Shown: positions 40,997-51,209, counted from the first letter of the stretch. The stretch is 64,000 bases of DNA from a bacterium (GCA_963681965.1 OY820579.1:3744001-3808000); one strand, 5' to 3'. Made by a program: numbers and translations. Notes: generated by a model not told the origin, from the letters alone.

Positions 40997-42379
40997 TCAA
41001 GTACCCGGCATCTTCGGGCGAATTACCGCAGTTTCGGACGACACCACAGTAATTGCCGTCATGACGAACATAATCAACATCGCGATCACAACCTGAATTA
41101 AATCGATGATCGTACGCAACCGGTAGGTTGTCTCTTTTTCATAATAATTCGCGACTTGCATCGCCGTCTGACGAATGGTACCGGTTTCGGCGCCGCTCCG
41201 CAACCGCGACAGCGAGTTTTCAGTGAAAACTTTCGACGCTTCGAGCGATTCGATCAATCCCTTGCCTTCTTTCAGCATCATCGGAATCGCGACATCTTTG
41301 ATTTGTAATTCGAAGTATCGGTTATTGCTTGCTTCGGCAGCGACGCGGATCGCTTCGATATTTTCACCGGAACCGCTATACAGCGAATAAAAGACCCGGC
41401 AAAATACCTCGATCGCGGTCTTGTGTGTGATACTACCAATTACCGGCACATGCAGCATGAACCGGTCGACCAGATAGCGACCGCGTTCGGTCTTGACAAA
41501 TGCCATGAATCCGATCACCGGTCCGAAACAGAGCAGTGTGATAATGATCCAATGCGCCTTCAGATAATCCGCCATATCCATTGTTGCTTTGGTCATAGGA
41601 GGTAATGGAATTTTGAATCGAAGGAACATTTCCGCTGTTTTCGGGAAAATATAACCGACATAGAAGAGCACCGCGATAAACAAAACGAGCACGGTTATCA
41701 TGGGCATAATCAATGCACTACGAAGCGATTTTTTAAATTCGGCGGTCCGTTCCAAAAACTTCGCAGTAGCATCGTAGACATCGACCATATTACCCGATTT
41801 CGAGGCAACACCGAGCATATAGGTGGTAAATTTTCCGAGTGCCGCTTCGTGCTTCCCGTAGACTTCCTTACCGTCTTTCCCTTCGCGTAAGTCTTTGCTA
41901 ACCTCACGTACAACCTCGCGGAGTGATTTACTTTGGAGGTCGTTTCCGAGCAAGTTCAGGATCTCATCGTAGGGAAGTTTTTCTCGCAATAGGTCGGAAG
42001 AGAGCCGGATAAACATCACCACGTCGTTTTGCGACGGCTTCCCCTGCATCTCGAATAGTTTGGGTGAAATACGGTGGACTTTGAATCCCAGACGTTCGAG
42101 TGCGGCACGAACCTCATCGCCGGAATAGGCTTTCTGTTCGCCTGTGATCGGCTTATCAACGCCTTTCTGGACTTTGTAGAGGAACGTACGCTTCTTGTCG
42201 ATGCGGGAAATAGTGAAGCCGTGTTTGGAAGCTAAATCGACGGCGCGTTTTTTCGCCTCAATTTTTGTAGTAGCGGAGATCACGCCCTGTACCAATTTAC
42301 CGGACGCAGTCAACCCTTGATATCGGAAATCAAAACTCAAATCAATATCCCGATTATTTACCGAGTAACAATATAACAA
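40997..42379 (-). CDS. pilC: Type IV pilus platform protein (GspF/PilC); start possibly ~42340
   Basis: F.YQG....G..V.G.I.A, two T2SSF domains (SGN.., AETG), three TM helices. Confidence 0.88.
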   Translation of the reverse strand: MLYCYSVNNRDIDLSFDFRYQGLTASGKLVQGVISATTKIEAKKRAVDLASKHGFTISRIDKKRTFLYKVQKGVDKPITGEQKAYSGDEVRAALERLGFKVHRISPKLFEMQGKPSQNDVVMFIRLSSDLLREKLPYDEILNLLGNDLQSKSLREVVREVSKDLREGKDGKEVYGKHEAALGKFTTYMLGVASKSGNMVDVYDATAKFLERTAEFKKSLRSALIMPMITVLVLFIAVLFYVGYIFPKTAEMFLRFKIPLPPMTKATMDMADYLKAHWIIITLLCFGPVIGFMAFVKTERGRYLVDRFMLHVPVIGSITHKTAIEVFCRVFYSLYSGSGENIEAIRVAAEASNNRYFELQIKDVAIPMMLKEGKGLIESLEASKVFTENSLSRLRSGAETGTIRQTAMQVANYYEKETTYRLRTIIDLIQVVIAMLIMFVMTAITVVSSETAVIRPKMPGT

Positions 42380-42642
42380 CTTTGGACACGAGAAAACATT
42401 AGGATAACCGAATTTGTCAAATTTATCCGATTAAGAAGCGATCTCAACTTCCAATCTCTATTCCGCTAAATTTTCTCGCGTTGTGAAAGAACCAACTAAG
42501 CGAAATCGAACTCGCAAAAAATATACTTGGGATGTCACGATATAGTACAACCGGGAATCGGATTCATCAAATCGAGATTGGAATTGACGAATCTTCGGAT
42601 GTGATGAATGACCATTTCAAGAACAAGTAATTAGAATAGATT

Positions 42643-42658
42643 CGTGAGCTGGATCACA
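42643..42658. promoter_or_regulatory. CRP-family box upstream of the pilC operon
   Basis: CGTGA-GCTGGA-TCACA. Confidence 0.5.
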
Positions 42659-43106
42659 AATAATTCATTCTTAGCTTCGGATGAGTTGCTGCTACATAAA
42701 TTCCGATACTTCATTCAAAATTAAATAAATCCGTTAAATTTTCCGTGTCGCGTTGCGAGTAGCGCCTAGTATCATAACGATCATCACCATTGTCTTTACA
42801 TCGATCGGCTGTTATAGTATCTCTTGAAAAATGTTGTTAGCGGTAGTAGGAGCGGACCCCCGCGTCCGCCCGCAGGTCAGACGACGCCTGACACCGAATC
42901 ATGACAACTATTTTTCAAGAACCACTATCTCATCTCACCCGATTGATTTCCCAAAATATCCTGATCGTATCCTGAACCACGAACTGACCAGTGGAATCAA
43001 TGCATCATTTAATAAAAATGGAAAATCTATTTGCTATTGTTGTCGAATTAGTTAATATTTTCTCGTGTCGCGGATTTCGTTGGAATGTCTATCAAAGGTG
43101 TCGGTT

Positions 43107-45260
43107 ATGAAAGCAATGATCTATCGGTTGTTCATCCTCAGTTTATTTCCCCTCGCCAGCGCTTTTGCACAACCGGAATATCACTGGCAACTAGCATCCG
43201 GCAGCTATCTCAACGATCCCGGTCTGGCAATTATCACTGGTTCCGGCAATCGCATTCAAGCTATCACCGCCTATCGCATTCAAGAAACCCTCGATTCGGG
43301 TCGTCACTGGACGACACGCCTCGGTGGTACTTCGACGAATTTATCATTCTATTACGCCGATACCGGACAGACGCATTTCATCCTAGCCGGTAATACGCTC
43401 TACCGAACCACCGATAACGGCATCGAATGGAATGTCAATCGCACGAATATCACCCACGGCATTTCACTGATCAGCAGACGCTCGCGGTATTGGTTTGAAG
43501 CCGGTAGCAATAATTATGAAACGGTTTCCCGGTCGTTCAATCAGGGTCTAACTTGGCAAACGGTTTTCAGTGGCAGCTTATTCGGTTACAATTTAGTTGA
43601 ATCCGATTCCGGCACCCTGGTCTACGGCTGCACCTACGGTCCATATCGTTCAATCGATTTCGGATCGTCTTGGCAACCGATCTGTCCGATCGCATCCGGA
43701 ATTACCGAAGCGACATCGGTTCATTTTACTCGCCACTCCTCGCTGCTAACCCTGCAATACTTGTATTCCACTCGCACCTTGAAAATCTATCGCAGTACCA
43801 ATAATGGAACCAATTGGCAAAATTCAGATTCGCTCTGTTCGGTCGGAATCGCCGACAATATTCGCTGGTTTGAGTACGGCGATTCAATCTCGCTAATGAC
43901 CTCCGTCGGAGCATTTATCTCCACCAACGATGGCGTTAATTGGGCGCGTGCCACAAGCATTCCGGTAATCCCCATTTGCATCGATTCGACAGGCGGGAAG
44001 TATCGCTTCGATGACAATCAAATGGTGGTGTACCAACCCGCAATGGATTCGATCTGGCACAATATCACCTATTCGGTTCCGACTGCGAATGCCTTCAGTG
44101 GATTGCCGCAGCGACTGCAATGGCACCGCAATCGCATCCTTGCCGTCAATGTGGGAGGCATCTATTCGTCGACCGATTATGGCGATCATTGGAATCAAAC
44201 GATGAACATTCGCTCGGTGCATGTCGTATCGTTGCTGGTCGATTCATCGTCGGCAATATTTGCGGGTACCGATGCCGGGCTGTTGCGATCGGAAAACGAC
44301 GGTGAAAATTGGTCGTCGTATCCCGATTTGAATCGCGTCAAAACCATTAAGCGACTCAACAACCGTCAACTATTGATCTCGCAGGATAGTATCCTCTACC
44401 GGTCCGACGACAACGGCGACACGTGGACATCGCTTGGCAGTCCGTTTCACCAATTCGGCGCGACTGACTTTATTGCGAGTGCCTCGGGTACTTGGTTTGC
44501 CTGTGTGCAGTGTCCCACATCTGCAACCAATCCTACTGCCGGAATCTATCGCAGCCCCGATCAAGGTGACAGTTGGACTGCGAGCAATCGTGGGTTGGTG
44601 TTTCGCAACGTATCGTCGTTGGCGATTGCGCCCAACGGTTATCTATTCGCTACCGTCGATGTCAGCGGTTCAACGAGAGCAAGTGGATTATACCGCTCCA
44701 CCGACGACGGGTACAATTGGTACTACATTCTGCCCACCGAAATCGGAACCGGTCAGGGGATCAGTCCAATTTATCTCGACAGTACGGGAATGTATCTCTT
44801 CAGCAATGGAACGATTCTGCATACGACGAACTGGGGCAACAATTGGGAATCGATCAGCGATACGCTCGGATATGTTTCTCCGGTCTCTTTCTTTCGCGCT
44901 CCCACTGGCGCCTTCTTTACCAATCTCAGTGCGAAAATTTTTCGTGCATCCGGATCCACTAAGATCGTATCGCCGCACGATCCAATTTCGCTGCCGCAAC
45001 AACCCACGCTAATCGCGCCATATCCTAATCCATTCAACGCATCGACGGAGATTCGATACCAGCTTGCCCAAGCTGGAGCGGTGACACTTACCGTCTACGA
45101 CTTGACCGGTCGAGCGGTTACCGAATTGGTGAATACCCACCAGCAATCCGGCGAGTACGTCTGCCGGTTCGATGGACAGACACTGCCGTCGGGCACGTAT
45201 TTCGTGCAATTGCGGGTAGGAACAATTTCGAGGACTCAGAAAATCGTTCTGTTAAAGTAG
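43107..45260 (+). CDS. Secreted BNR/Asp-box beta-propeller protein with C-terminal sorting domain (start uncertain, 43065-43116)
   Basis: Signal peptide; many S.D.G..W Asp-boxes; YPNPFN...YDLTGR...SGTYF...KIVLLK. Confidence 0.88.
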   Translation: MKAMIYRLFILSLFPLASAFAQPEYHWQLASGSYLNDPGLAIITGSGNRIQAITAYRIQETLDSGRHWTTRLGGTSTNLSFYYADTGQTHFILAGNTLYRTTDNGIEWNVNRTNITHGISLISRRSRYWFEAGSNNYETVSRSFNQGLTWQTVFSGSLFGYNLVESDSGTLVYGCTYGPYRSIDFGSSWQPICPIASGITEATSVHFTRHSSLLTLQYLYSTRTLKIYRSTNNGTNWQNSDSLCSVGIADNIRWFEYGDSISLMTSVGAFISTNDGVNWARATSIPVIPICIDSTGGKYRFDDNQMVVYQPAMDSIWHNITYSVPTANAFSGLPQRLQWHRNRILAVNVGGIYSSTDYGDHWNQTMNIRSVHVVSLLVDSSSAIFAGTDAGLLRSENDGENWSSYPDLNRVKTIKRLNNRQLLISQDSILYRSDDNGDTWTSLGSPFHQFGATDFIASASGTWFACVQCPTSATNPTAGIYRSPDQGDSWTASNRGLVFRNVSSLAIAPNGYLFATVDVSGSTRASGLYRSTDDGYNWYYILPTEIGTGQGISPIYLDSTGMYLFSNGTILHTTNWGNNWESISDTLGYVSPVSFFRAPTGAFFTNLSAKIFRASGSTKIVSPHDPISLPQQPTLIAPYPNPFNASTEIRYQLAQAGAVTLTVYDLTGRAVTELVNTHQQSGEYVCRFDGQTLPSGTYFVQLRVGTISRTQKIVLLK

Positions 45261-45504
45261 TCGTAATAGACGACTGTATCCGATCTATTTTTTTATTTCT
45301 TGGATTGCGACTCAATCTAACTTATTCGACTATTCAATATTTTTTTCAAAATGCGCAATCATGGTTGCAATTCGAGAAAATAATTGCGTAATTCTGTATA
45401 GGTAAACCGATAATTCTTCTCCATCGCATTAGCAATCAGTTTAGCCACTTCAGCAACAACTTCACTTCTGTTTTTGCATCGTCAAAGAAATAGGAGACAT
45501 CAGC

Positions 45505-46821
45505 ATGATCCGAAGTTTTCTGTTACTGCTACTCACGATTCTACTCTTGACTTCCTGCACTGAAAATGATTCCAAATCGGTCACTCCGGAAACAGGCGTT
45601 CCGCTAGCACCTTCGCTTCCCGTTCCGAGCGATAGCGCAACCCAAATTGCAACACCGATTCAATTGCGCTGGACCTGTTCCGATCCCGACACCACCGATA
45701 CTTTGCGCTACGACGTTCAGATGGATACGATCAATCCACCACAAATTTCCGTGGCTCACGACCTTCGAGTAACCAACTGGACCACAGGAATTTTACGACA
45801 TGGCAAGACTTATTTTTGGAAAATTATCGCGAAAGATTTACAGGGTCATTCGGTAGCTGGTCCGGCGTGGCGCTTCACCACAGTCGGCAACAATTCTCCG
45901 CTGGCACCCTCCAATCCTGTTCCAGCCGATTCCGGTTCGGCACCCGATTCTGCTTCAGTCACTTTGCGCTGGCACTGTTCCGACCCCGACCGCGATACGC
46001 TTCGGTACACCGTCTACTTCGGAACCACCAATCCACCTACCACGGCGACCGCATCCAATCTTAGCGATACGACCGCTGCAGTTACCAATCTTCATACCGG
46101 CGTTCACTATTACTGGTATGTTGTCGCATCCGACGAACAGGGTGGTCGATCGCAAAGTTCCGTCTGGAATTTCACAATCTCGCAATTTCAAATCAAATGG
46201 GGACCCGACGGATACGGTTACACTGCAACCGACAATCGGCTCCCATATTGGCCGACAGCTTACCGGTTTCGCGATATTACATCACTCGGAACCGAGGTCA
46301 TCTATGGTGACGACATCGGTGCTTCGACTTCTTTGAATGGCATGCCGTTTCGATTTTATGGAGATGCGATTTCGGATATTTTCGTATCGACGAATGGTAA
46401 TGTTCAATTCGTTCAGTCTGGATCAAGCTCATTGTCAAATTCAACATTACCGTCTCTGAATGTACCTTCCAGCGCACTCTTTGCGTTATGGGACGATCTG
46501 ATGGGTCAGGTTTTCAAATTTCACGATGTAACTGAGAACGTTTTTTATATTCAATGGAACGGTCGACGGTTAGGGGGCGTCGCAGGAGATACAACTAGTT
46601 TTCAAATTCAGCTTCATAGTTCATCGAACGAGATTGTATTCGCTTATTCCCGAATTCTGGATTCGATAAATTCCTTGACACCTACGATCGGGATCCAGCA
46701 CAACACCGGCGCGAACAATCAATTCCTACAATGTTTTTACATCACGACTGCGGGGGTTGGATTGCCCAATCCGATGAATGGCTACATGATTCGGTTTTGC
46801 CCACCGGCTTCGATGCGGTAG
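45505..46821 (+). CDS. Lipoprotein with two fibronectin-III-like repeats and a nidogen-like C-terminal region
   Basis: Lipobox LTSC; two P..P.P...L.W..SDPD.D.LRY.V...Y.W...A.D..G...W.FT repeats; GPD.YGY, STNG, WDDL. Confidence 0.82.
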   Translation: MIRSFLLLLLTILLLTSCTENDSKSVTPETGVPLAPSLPVPSDSATQIATPIQLRWTCSDPDTTDTLRYDVQMDTINPPQISVAHDLRVTNWTTGILRHGKTYFWKIIAKDLQGHSVAGPAWRFTTVGNNSPLAPSNPVPADSGSAPDSASVTLRWHCSDPDRDTLRYTVYFGTTNPPTTATASNLSDTTAAVTNLHTGVHYYWYVVASDEQGGRSQSSVWNFTISQFQIKWGPDGYGYTATDNRLPYWPTAYRFRDITSLGTEVIYGDDIGASTSLNGMPFRFYGDAISDIFVSTNGNVQFVQSGSSSLSNSTLPSLNVPSSALFALWDDLMGQVFKFHDVTENVFYIQWNGRRLGGVAGDTTSFQIQLHSSSNEIVFAYSRILDSINSLTPTIGIQHNTGANNQFLQCFYITTAGVGLPNPMNGYMIRFCPPASMR

Positions 46822-46867
46822 CGCAACAAATTGAAGTATCCTAAAGAAAATTGTCATCACTAATTTG

Positions 46868-46895
46868 GGTGGGCTCTCGTGTCCACCCTTTTTTT
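46868..46895 (+). terminator. Intrinsic terminator
   Basis: GGGTGG-gctctcgtgt-CCACCC followed by TTTTTTT. Confidence 0.7.
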
Positions 46896-47373
46896 GTATG
46901 TAGGAGCGACCCACTGCGGTCACCCACATATTTTAACAGAGCGTATGGCTTACGACCCGTGGGAGCGTTCGCTCCCATTGAGGGAGGCTCGCTACCCGCC
47001 CTATCCCCGATCTACACCGAAGCGGAGTCGGAATTATGGCTTTTAACTAAATAGATTAACTTCGCTGAAGCGTTGGACTTTAGTCCATTCTCTGTTTCAT
47101 TTTCATGAATTGCGGATTGAAGACCGTATCGATAAATCAGTGTGTTTTTGGTAGGGGCGTTCTTACGCGTCCGCCCGTAACAGTTGAATTGGCAGAATTC
47201 AAAGATTGAAACTTTGAATCAAAAGATGCGGGTGTATTACTTTCAGTGAGAGCTTCACGGTTGCCATAAGCCCCTACTTTAGCTAATGCATCAGACACGG
47301 GCGGTTCGCGAACCGCCCCTACCAAAGATGTAAAGATAAATGGTTATAAACCATAATTCCGATATTCAGCAAT

Positions 47374-47407
47374 AAAAAAACGTACCCGACTTGCGCCGGG
47401 TACGTTT
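47374..47407 (-). terminator. Intrinsic terminator after pilin copy 1
   Basis: AAACGTACCCG/CGGGTACGTTT stem with T-run. Confidence 0.75.
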
Positions 47408-47429
47408 AAAAATGTACTGCCTACAGAAA

Positions 47430-47837
47430 CTACCGGGTAATCGTTGGTGTCGGAACCGCCGTTGCCGTAACACCGGCATAGGCGACCGTCACGTTTTCAC
47501 GACCGACTGCAGTAATGGTGTAAGTATTGGCGCCACGGGCGGAAATTGTAAAAGCGTCGCCGTTAGCGTTTGACCATGCCAAAGTACCGGCTGCAACCGG
47601 CTTGCCGATGATCGAGAAGTCGAACGTCGAGAAGTCGTACTGCGTTGCTGGTCCGCCAAGTACCTGTGGCTTGCGAGCCCATTGCTGGGACTGGCTGATA
47701 ATGCTCAAGCACTCTTGAATGATTGCATCTTCGTTCGCCTGCTTTGCGCTGCTTCCGAAGAGGTTAATACCGACCACCACGGCGATACCTACAATGATCA
47801 CGCCGAGAACGATCAGTAATAGTTGTTGTTGACCCAT
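47430..47837 (-). CDS. Putative major pilin, copy 1 (atypical MGQQQLLL N-terminus)
   Basis: 135 aa; ~22-residue hydrophobic helix from residue 6, amphipathic helix, beta-rich head; strong AAGGAGA RBS, own terminator, inside the T4P locus. Confidence 0.8.
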   Translation of the reverse strand: MGQQQLLLIVLGVIIVGIAVVVGINLFGSSAKQANEDAIIQECLSIISQSQQWARKPQVLGGPATQYDFSTFDFSIIGKPVAAGTLAWSNANGDAFTISARGANTYTITAVGRENVTVAYAGVTATAVPTPTITR

Positions 47838-48077
47838 CGTTTTCTCCTTGGTTTGACATTATGGCTTACTGGCACCTACCAGTTAAGCACGGAACTCGAT
47901 TCAGATACGGCTCAGTGAGCAAATCAGCGATATGAAACTTGTCAAAAAAAAATCATTTCAAAACAATCAATGCAATGATATGAGATAATTATTCTTAAAG
48001 CAATAGGTTCACTTCTCATCATATAAAAAAATCTCAGGTTTGAGAGCATCGATTCCTCAAGACTCTACAAACATTTC

Positions 48078-48093
48078 TGTGATCTAGATCACT
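48078..48093. promoter_or_regulatory. Near-perfect CRP box upstream of pilin copy 1
   Basis: TGTGATCTAGATCACT, 15/16 match to TGTGATCTAGATCACA. Confidence 0.7.
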
Positions 48094-48400
48094 ATTTTCG
48101 ATTTAACATCTTATGTTTGCTCTCTCATTACCTTAATCGAGACGATGAGAGTCGAACAAAACTCACACATTACTATTCACCCCCGCGAGTAATAATTTAC
48201 TTTAGGAAGCATCCTTCAACTCTTGAGAGCAAGCAGAGTAATCTGAAAAAATGGGTGTTAGGGATTAGGAGATAGGGGGTTGGGAAAAGATGGCGCTTGG
48301 TGCGTAGTGCATGGTGCTTGGTAAAAAGAAAGGGAGACTAAACTGCGGTCACCCACCTCTCACTTGTATAATATCTCTTGAAAACAAGTTGTTATTAGTA

Positions 48401-49147
48401 GTAGGGGCGGATCCCCGCGCCCGCCCGCAGGTCAGACCAAGCCTGACTATGACGCATTCGTATGTCGGAATTTATTCCGACTCCTCCTGTGTCAGAAACA
48501 GAAGAAAACATACGCAGGCTGAAGCCTGCGGCTACCCAAAATTCCAAAATTGAAAGCGGACTAAAGTCCGCCGCTACCCATCTTTTCCCACCCCCCAACT
48601 CCCATCCTGTAGGTGGCGCAAACCTCCGAACCTGCGATTCGCATCTTCTCGTGGGTCGGAATTTATTCCGACTCCTCTTTATCTGGTAGGGGCGGGTCCC
48701 CGCGCCCGCCCGCAGGTCAGACGAAGCCTGACTATGACGCATTCGTATGTCGGAATTTATTCCGACTCCTCCTATGTCAGAAACAGAAGAAAACATACGC
48801 AGGCTGAAGCCTGCGGCTACCCAAAATTCCAAAAATGAAAGCGGACTAAAGTCCGCCGCTACCCATCTTTTCCCACCCCCCAACTCCCATCCTGTAGGTG
48901 GCGCAAACCTCCGAACCTGCGATTCGCATCTTCTCGTGGGTCGGAATTTATTCCGACTCCTCTTTATCTGGTAGGGGCGGGTCCCCGCGCCCGCCCGCAG
49001 GTCAGGCGAAACCTGACTATGACGCATTCGTATGTCGGAATTTATTCCGACTCCTCCTGTGTCAGAAACAGAAGAAAACATACGCAGGTTGAAGCCTGCG
49101 GCTACCCAAAATTCCAAAAATGAAAGCGGACTAAAGTCCGCCGCTAC
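48401..49147 (+). repeat. 285-bp tandem repeat (~2.6 copies) of a multi-family REP mosaic
   Basis: Unit starts at 48401, 48686 and 48971, near-identical; each unit contains about 7 palindromes. Confidence 0.93.
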
Positions 49148-49183
49148 AGTAATGGTACTTTTTTAAGGTAAGAGACATCCCTA

Positions 49184-49217
49184 TAAAAAAAACGAACCCG
49201 CCAGTTGGCGGGTTCGC
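49184..49217 (-). terminator. Intrinsic terminator after pilin copy 2
   Basis: CGAACCCGCC/GGCGGGTTCG stem followed by TTTTTTTT on the minus strand. Confidence 0.75.
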
Positions 49218-49240
49218 TGCAAATTGGTTGGGTAAATAAA

Positions 49241-49648
49241 TTACCGGGTGATAGTAGGTGTTGGAACTGCCGTTGCCGTAATACCGGCATAGGCTACCGT
49301 CACGTTTTCACGACCGACTGCGGTCAACGTGAAGGTGTTCGCGCCACGGGCGGAAATCGTAAATGCGTCGCCGTTGGCGTTCGTCCAAGCCAATGTACCG
49401 GCTGCAACTGGCTTTCCGATGATCGAGAAGTCGAACGTCGAATAGTCGTATTGTGTTGCCGGTCCACCGAGTACTTGTGGCTTGCGTGCCCATTGCTGGG
49501 ACTGGCTGATAATGCTCAAGCACTCTTGGATAATTGCGTCTTCGTTGGCTTGCTTCGCGCTGCTTCCGAAGAGATTAATACCGACGACTACGGCGATACC
49601 TACAATAATAACGCCGAGGACGATCAGTAATAGTTGTTGCTGGCCCAT
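49241..49648 (-). CDS. Putative major pilin, copy 2
   Basis: 130/135 aa identical to copy 1; many synonymous differences. Confidence 0.8.
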   Translation of the reverse strand: MGQQQLLLIVLGVIIVGIAVVVGINLFGSSAKQANEDAIIQECLSIISQSQQWARKPQVLGGPATQYDYSTFDFSIIGKPVAAGTLAWTNANGDAFTISARGANTFTLTAVGRENVTVAYAGITATAVPTPTITR

Positions 49649-49851
49649 CGTTATCTCCTTTATTTGACATTAGGGCATACCGGAACCTACCGGTTATGCA
49701 CGGAACTCTTCTCGAATGAGCGAACTAAGTGAGCAGCGCAGGGATCGAAACTTTTTTCTGGATAAGATCTGTTATGTTCCAGTGTCTGGGTATAAAGTAC
49801 TCGAAGTCAAATAGGACTCCAACAACTTCCTCAAAGAGCATACAAATAATA

Positions 49852-49911
49852 TGTGATCTATGAACCCCTAATAATCAATACTCTATAAATAAGAGTGTGA
49901 GGTAGATCACG
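49852..49911. promoter_or_regulatory. Two CRP-like boxes upstream of pilin copy 2
   Basis: TGTGATCTATGAACCC (49852) and TGTGAGGTAGATCACG (49896). Confidence 0.55.
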
Positions 49912-49928
49912 AATAGCAAATCGCCACC

Positions 49929-51140
49929 TTATTTTTCGTCCGTCGATTGACGCATGATGTCATCGCGGCGTCCCTCAAAATGCATGCGCGAATCGCGTAA
50001 CGATTCCGTCTTGCGCGCATTCTTCACACGGGTCATTATATCGGGTTCAAGATCGACTTTCAATAAAATCACCAACTCTTTATCGGTGAAGGAAACCCGC
50101 TCGTAGCCTGCGAGATAGCGAATTCCCAAAACCCACCACGGCAGATCTTTCAAGAACGGAATACCTTTTCGGGTATTGCTTTTTTCGGTAGTATACAATC
50201 CGCCAATTGCGGATTCTTCGCCCGGTAACATCAGCAACGATGTGCTGGCTTTCGATTTGTTGATCGTCGTTGTTAGCGCACTCACTTCACCGGTGGAGCG
50301 TTCGACATCGATCTTTAAATGAATAAACGTGACATCGTGATCGACGATTACCAACGGCGATACTTGCAAAATTGTACCGGCGGAAATAAAGTTGTCAACC
50401 GTATTGCCGGCAAAATCGCGGGTCTTGATTGAGAAATCCTGACCGACCTGCACATAGCCCTGTTTCCCCGCACGGACGCGGATCTGCGGATTGGCGAGGA
50501 TCGTACCCTGACCCTTGTTCTCGAATGTCTTGACAATCCCCGAAATCGACAAAGTTTTGTCGACAGTGCGTTGAAACGTCAGGGTAAAAATATTGTTGTC
50601 GGAGACATTCGAAGCGGCATCCTGATTGGTCTGTACTTTCACGTCACCGGAGTAAATCGAACTCCAGTTGACCCCGATTTCGCGCAAAGCGTTGCGATCC
50701 GCTTCGAAAAAGATCGCTTCAATGATCACTTCGCGGTTGGACAAATCGATTACTTCGACGTCTTTGCCACCCTGTGCCGCTTTCAGCAAGGGATTGAAGA
50801 TCCGGATGTAGTTCGCACCTTCTTCGAATTCGAGTTCGTTTTTCTTGCAGATCAATTCAAGTGCGCGTCGCCACGGTTGATTGACAACTTCCACTCCGAT
50901 CTTTTTAACCACACCGGAATTGTCGATGATCACCTTGCCCTGCTTGACAGTCACGTCGTTCAACAATTTGACCGCTTGTTCCAGTTGCAAAGTTTCCGAC
51001 AGCGAGATTTTATCGTCGCCAGTTCCACCGCCCGTCCATTCGGGACGAGGCTTGGTTTGCGCGATTCCAAACGGAGCGAGCGACAAGCACATGAATAATA
51101 TTGCCAACGCAACGATTGTGTTTCTACCCGCTTGGATCAT
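49929..51140 (-). CDS. Short secretin (PilQ/GspD family)
   Basis: Signal peptide, PW..AL..I N0 domain, V.IEA.F.E, ILANP.I, IGGL, GIPFLKDLP, EL.I.L. Confidence 0.88.
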   Translation of the reverse strand: MIQAGRNTIVALAILFMCLSLAPFGIAQTKPRPEWTGGGTGDDKISLSETLQLEQAVKLLNDVTVKQGKVIIDNSGVVKKIGVEVVNQPWRRALELICKKNELEFEEGANYIRIFNPLLKAAQGGKDVEVIDLSNREVIIEAIFFEADRNALREIGVNWSSIYSGDVKVQTNQDAASNVSDNNIFTLTFQRTVDKTLSISGIVKTFENKGQGTILANPQIRVRAGKQGYVQVGQDFSIKTRDFAGNTVDNFISAGTILQVSPLVIVDHDVTFIHLKIDVERSTGEVSALTTTINKSKASTSLLMLPGEESAIGGLYTTEKSNTRKGIPFLKDLPWWVLGIRYLAGYERVSFTDKELVILLKVDLEPDIMTRVKNARKTESLRDSRMHFEGRRDDIMRQSTDEK

Positions 51141-51209
51141 ACTTCCTCCTTACCGCTTGACCGACCGGATACTATCCGATAGTTCCGATCGAAAAATTAA
51201 TAAACCCCG

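Noticed and set aside
47838-47960. Sigma54 promoter or c-di-GMP-I riboswitch ahead of the pilin
   Set aside because: No correctly spaced GG-N10-GC with TGGCAC/TTGC context, and no GCAAA..GAAA/GACGCAAAG core
48395-49117. 240-aa repeat-protein ORF
   Set aside because: Arises because the 285-bp REP unit is a multiple of 3; no coding signal
47430-49648. Neisseria-style silent pilin cassette or DGR-diversified target
   Set aside because: Both copies are full-length with RBS and terminator; differences are mostly synonymous, not adenine-specific, and no reverse transcriptase is present
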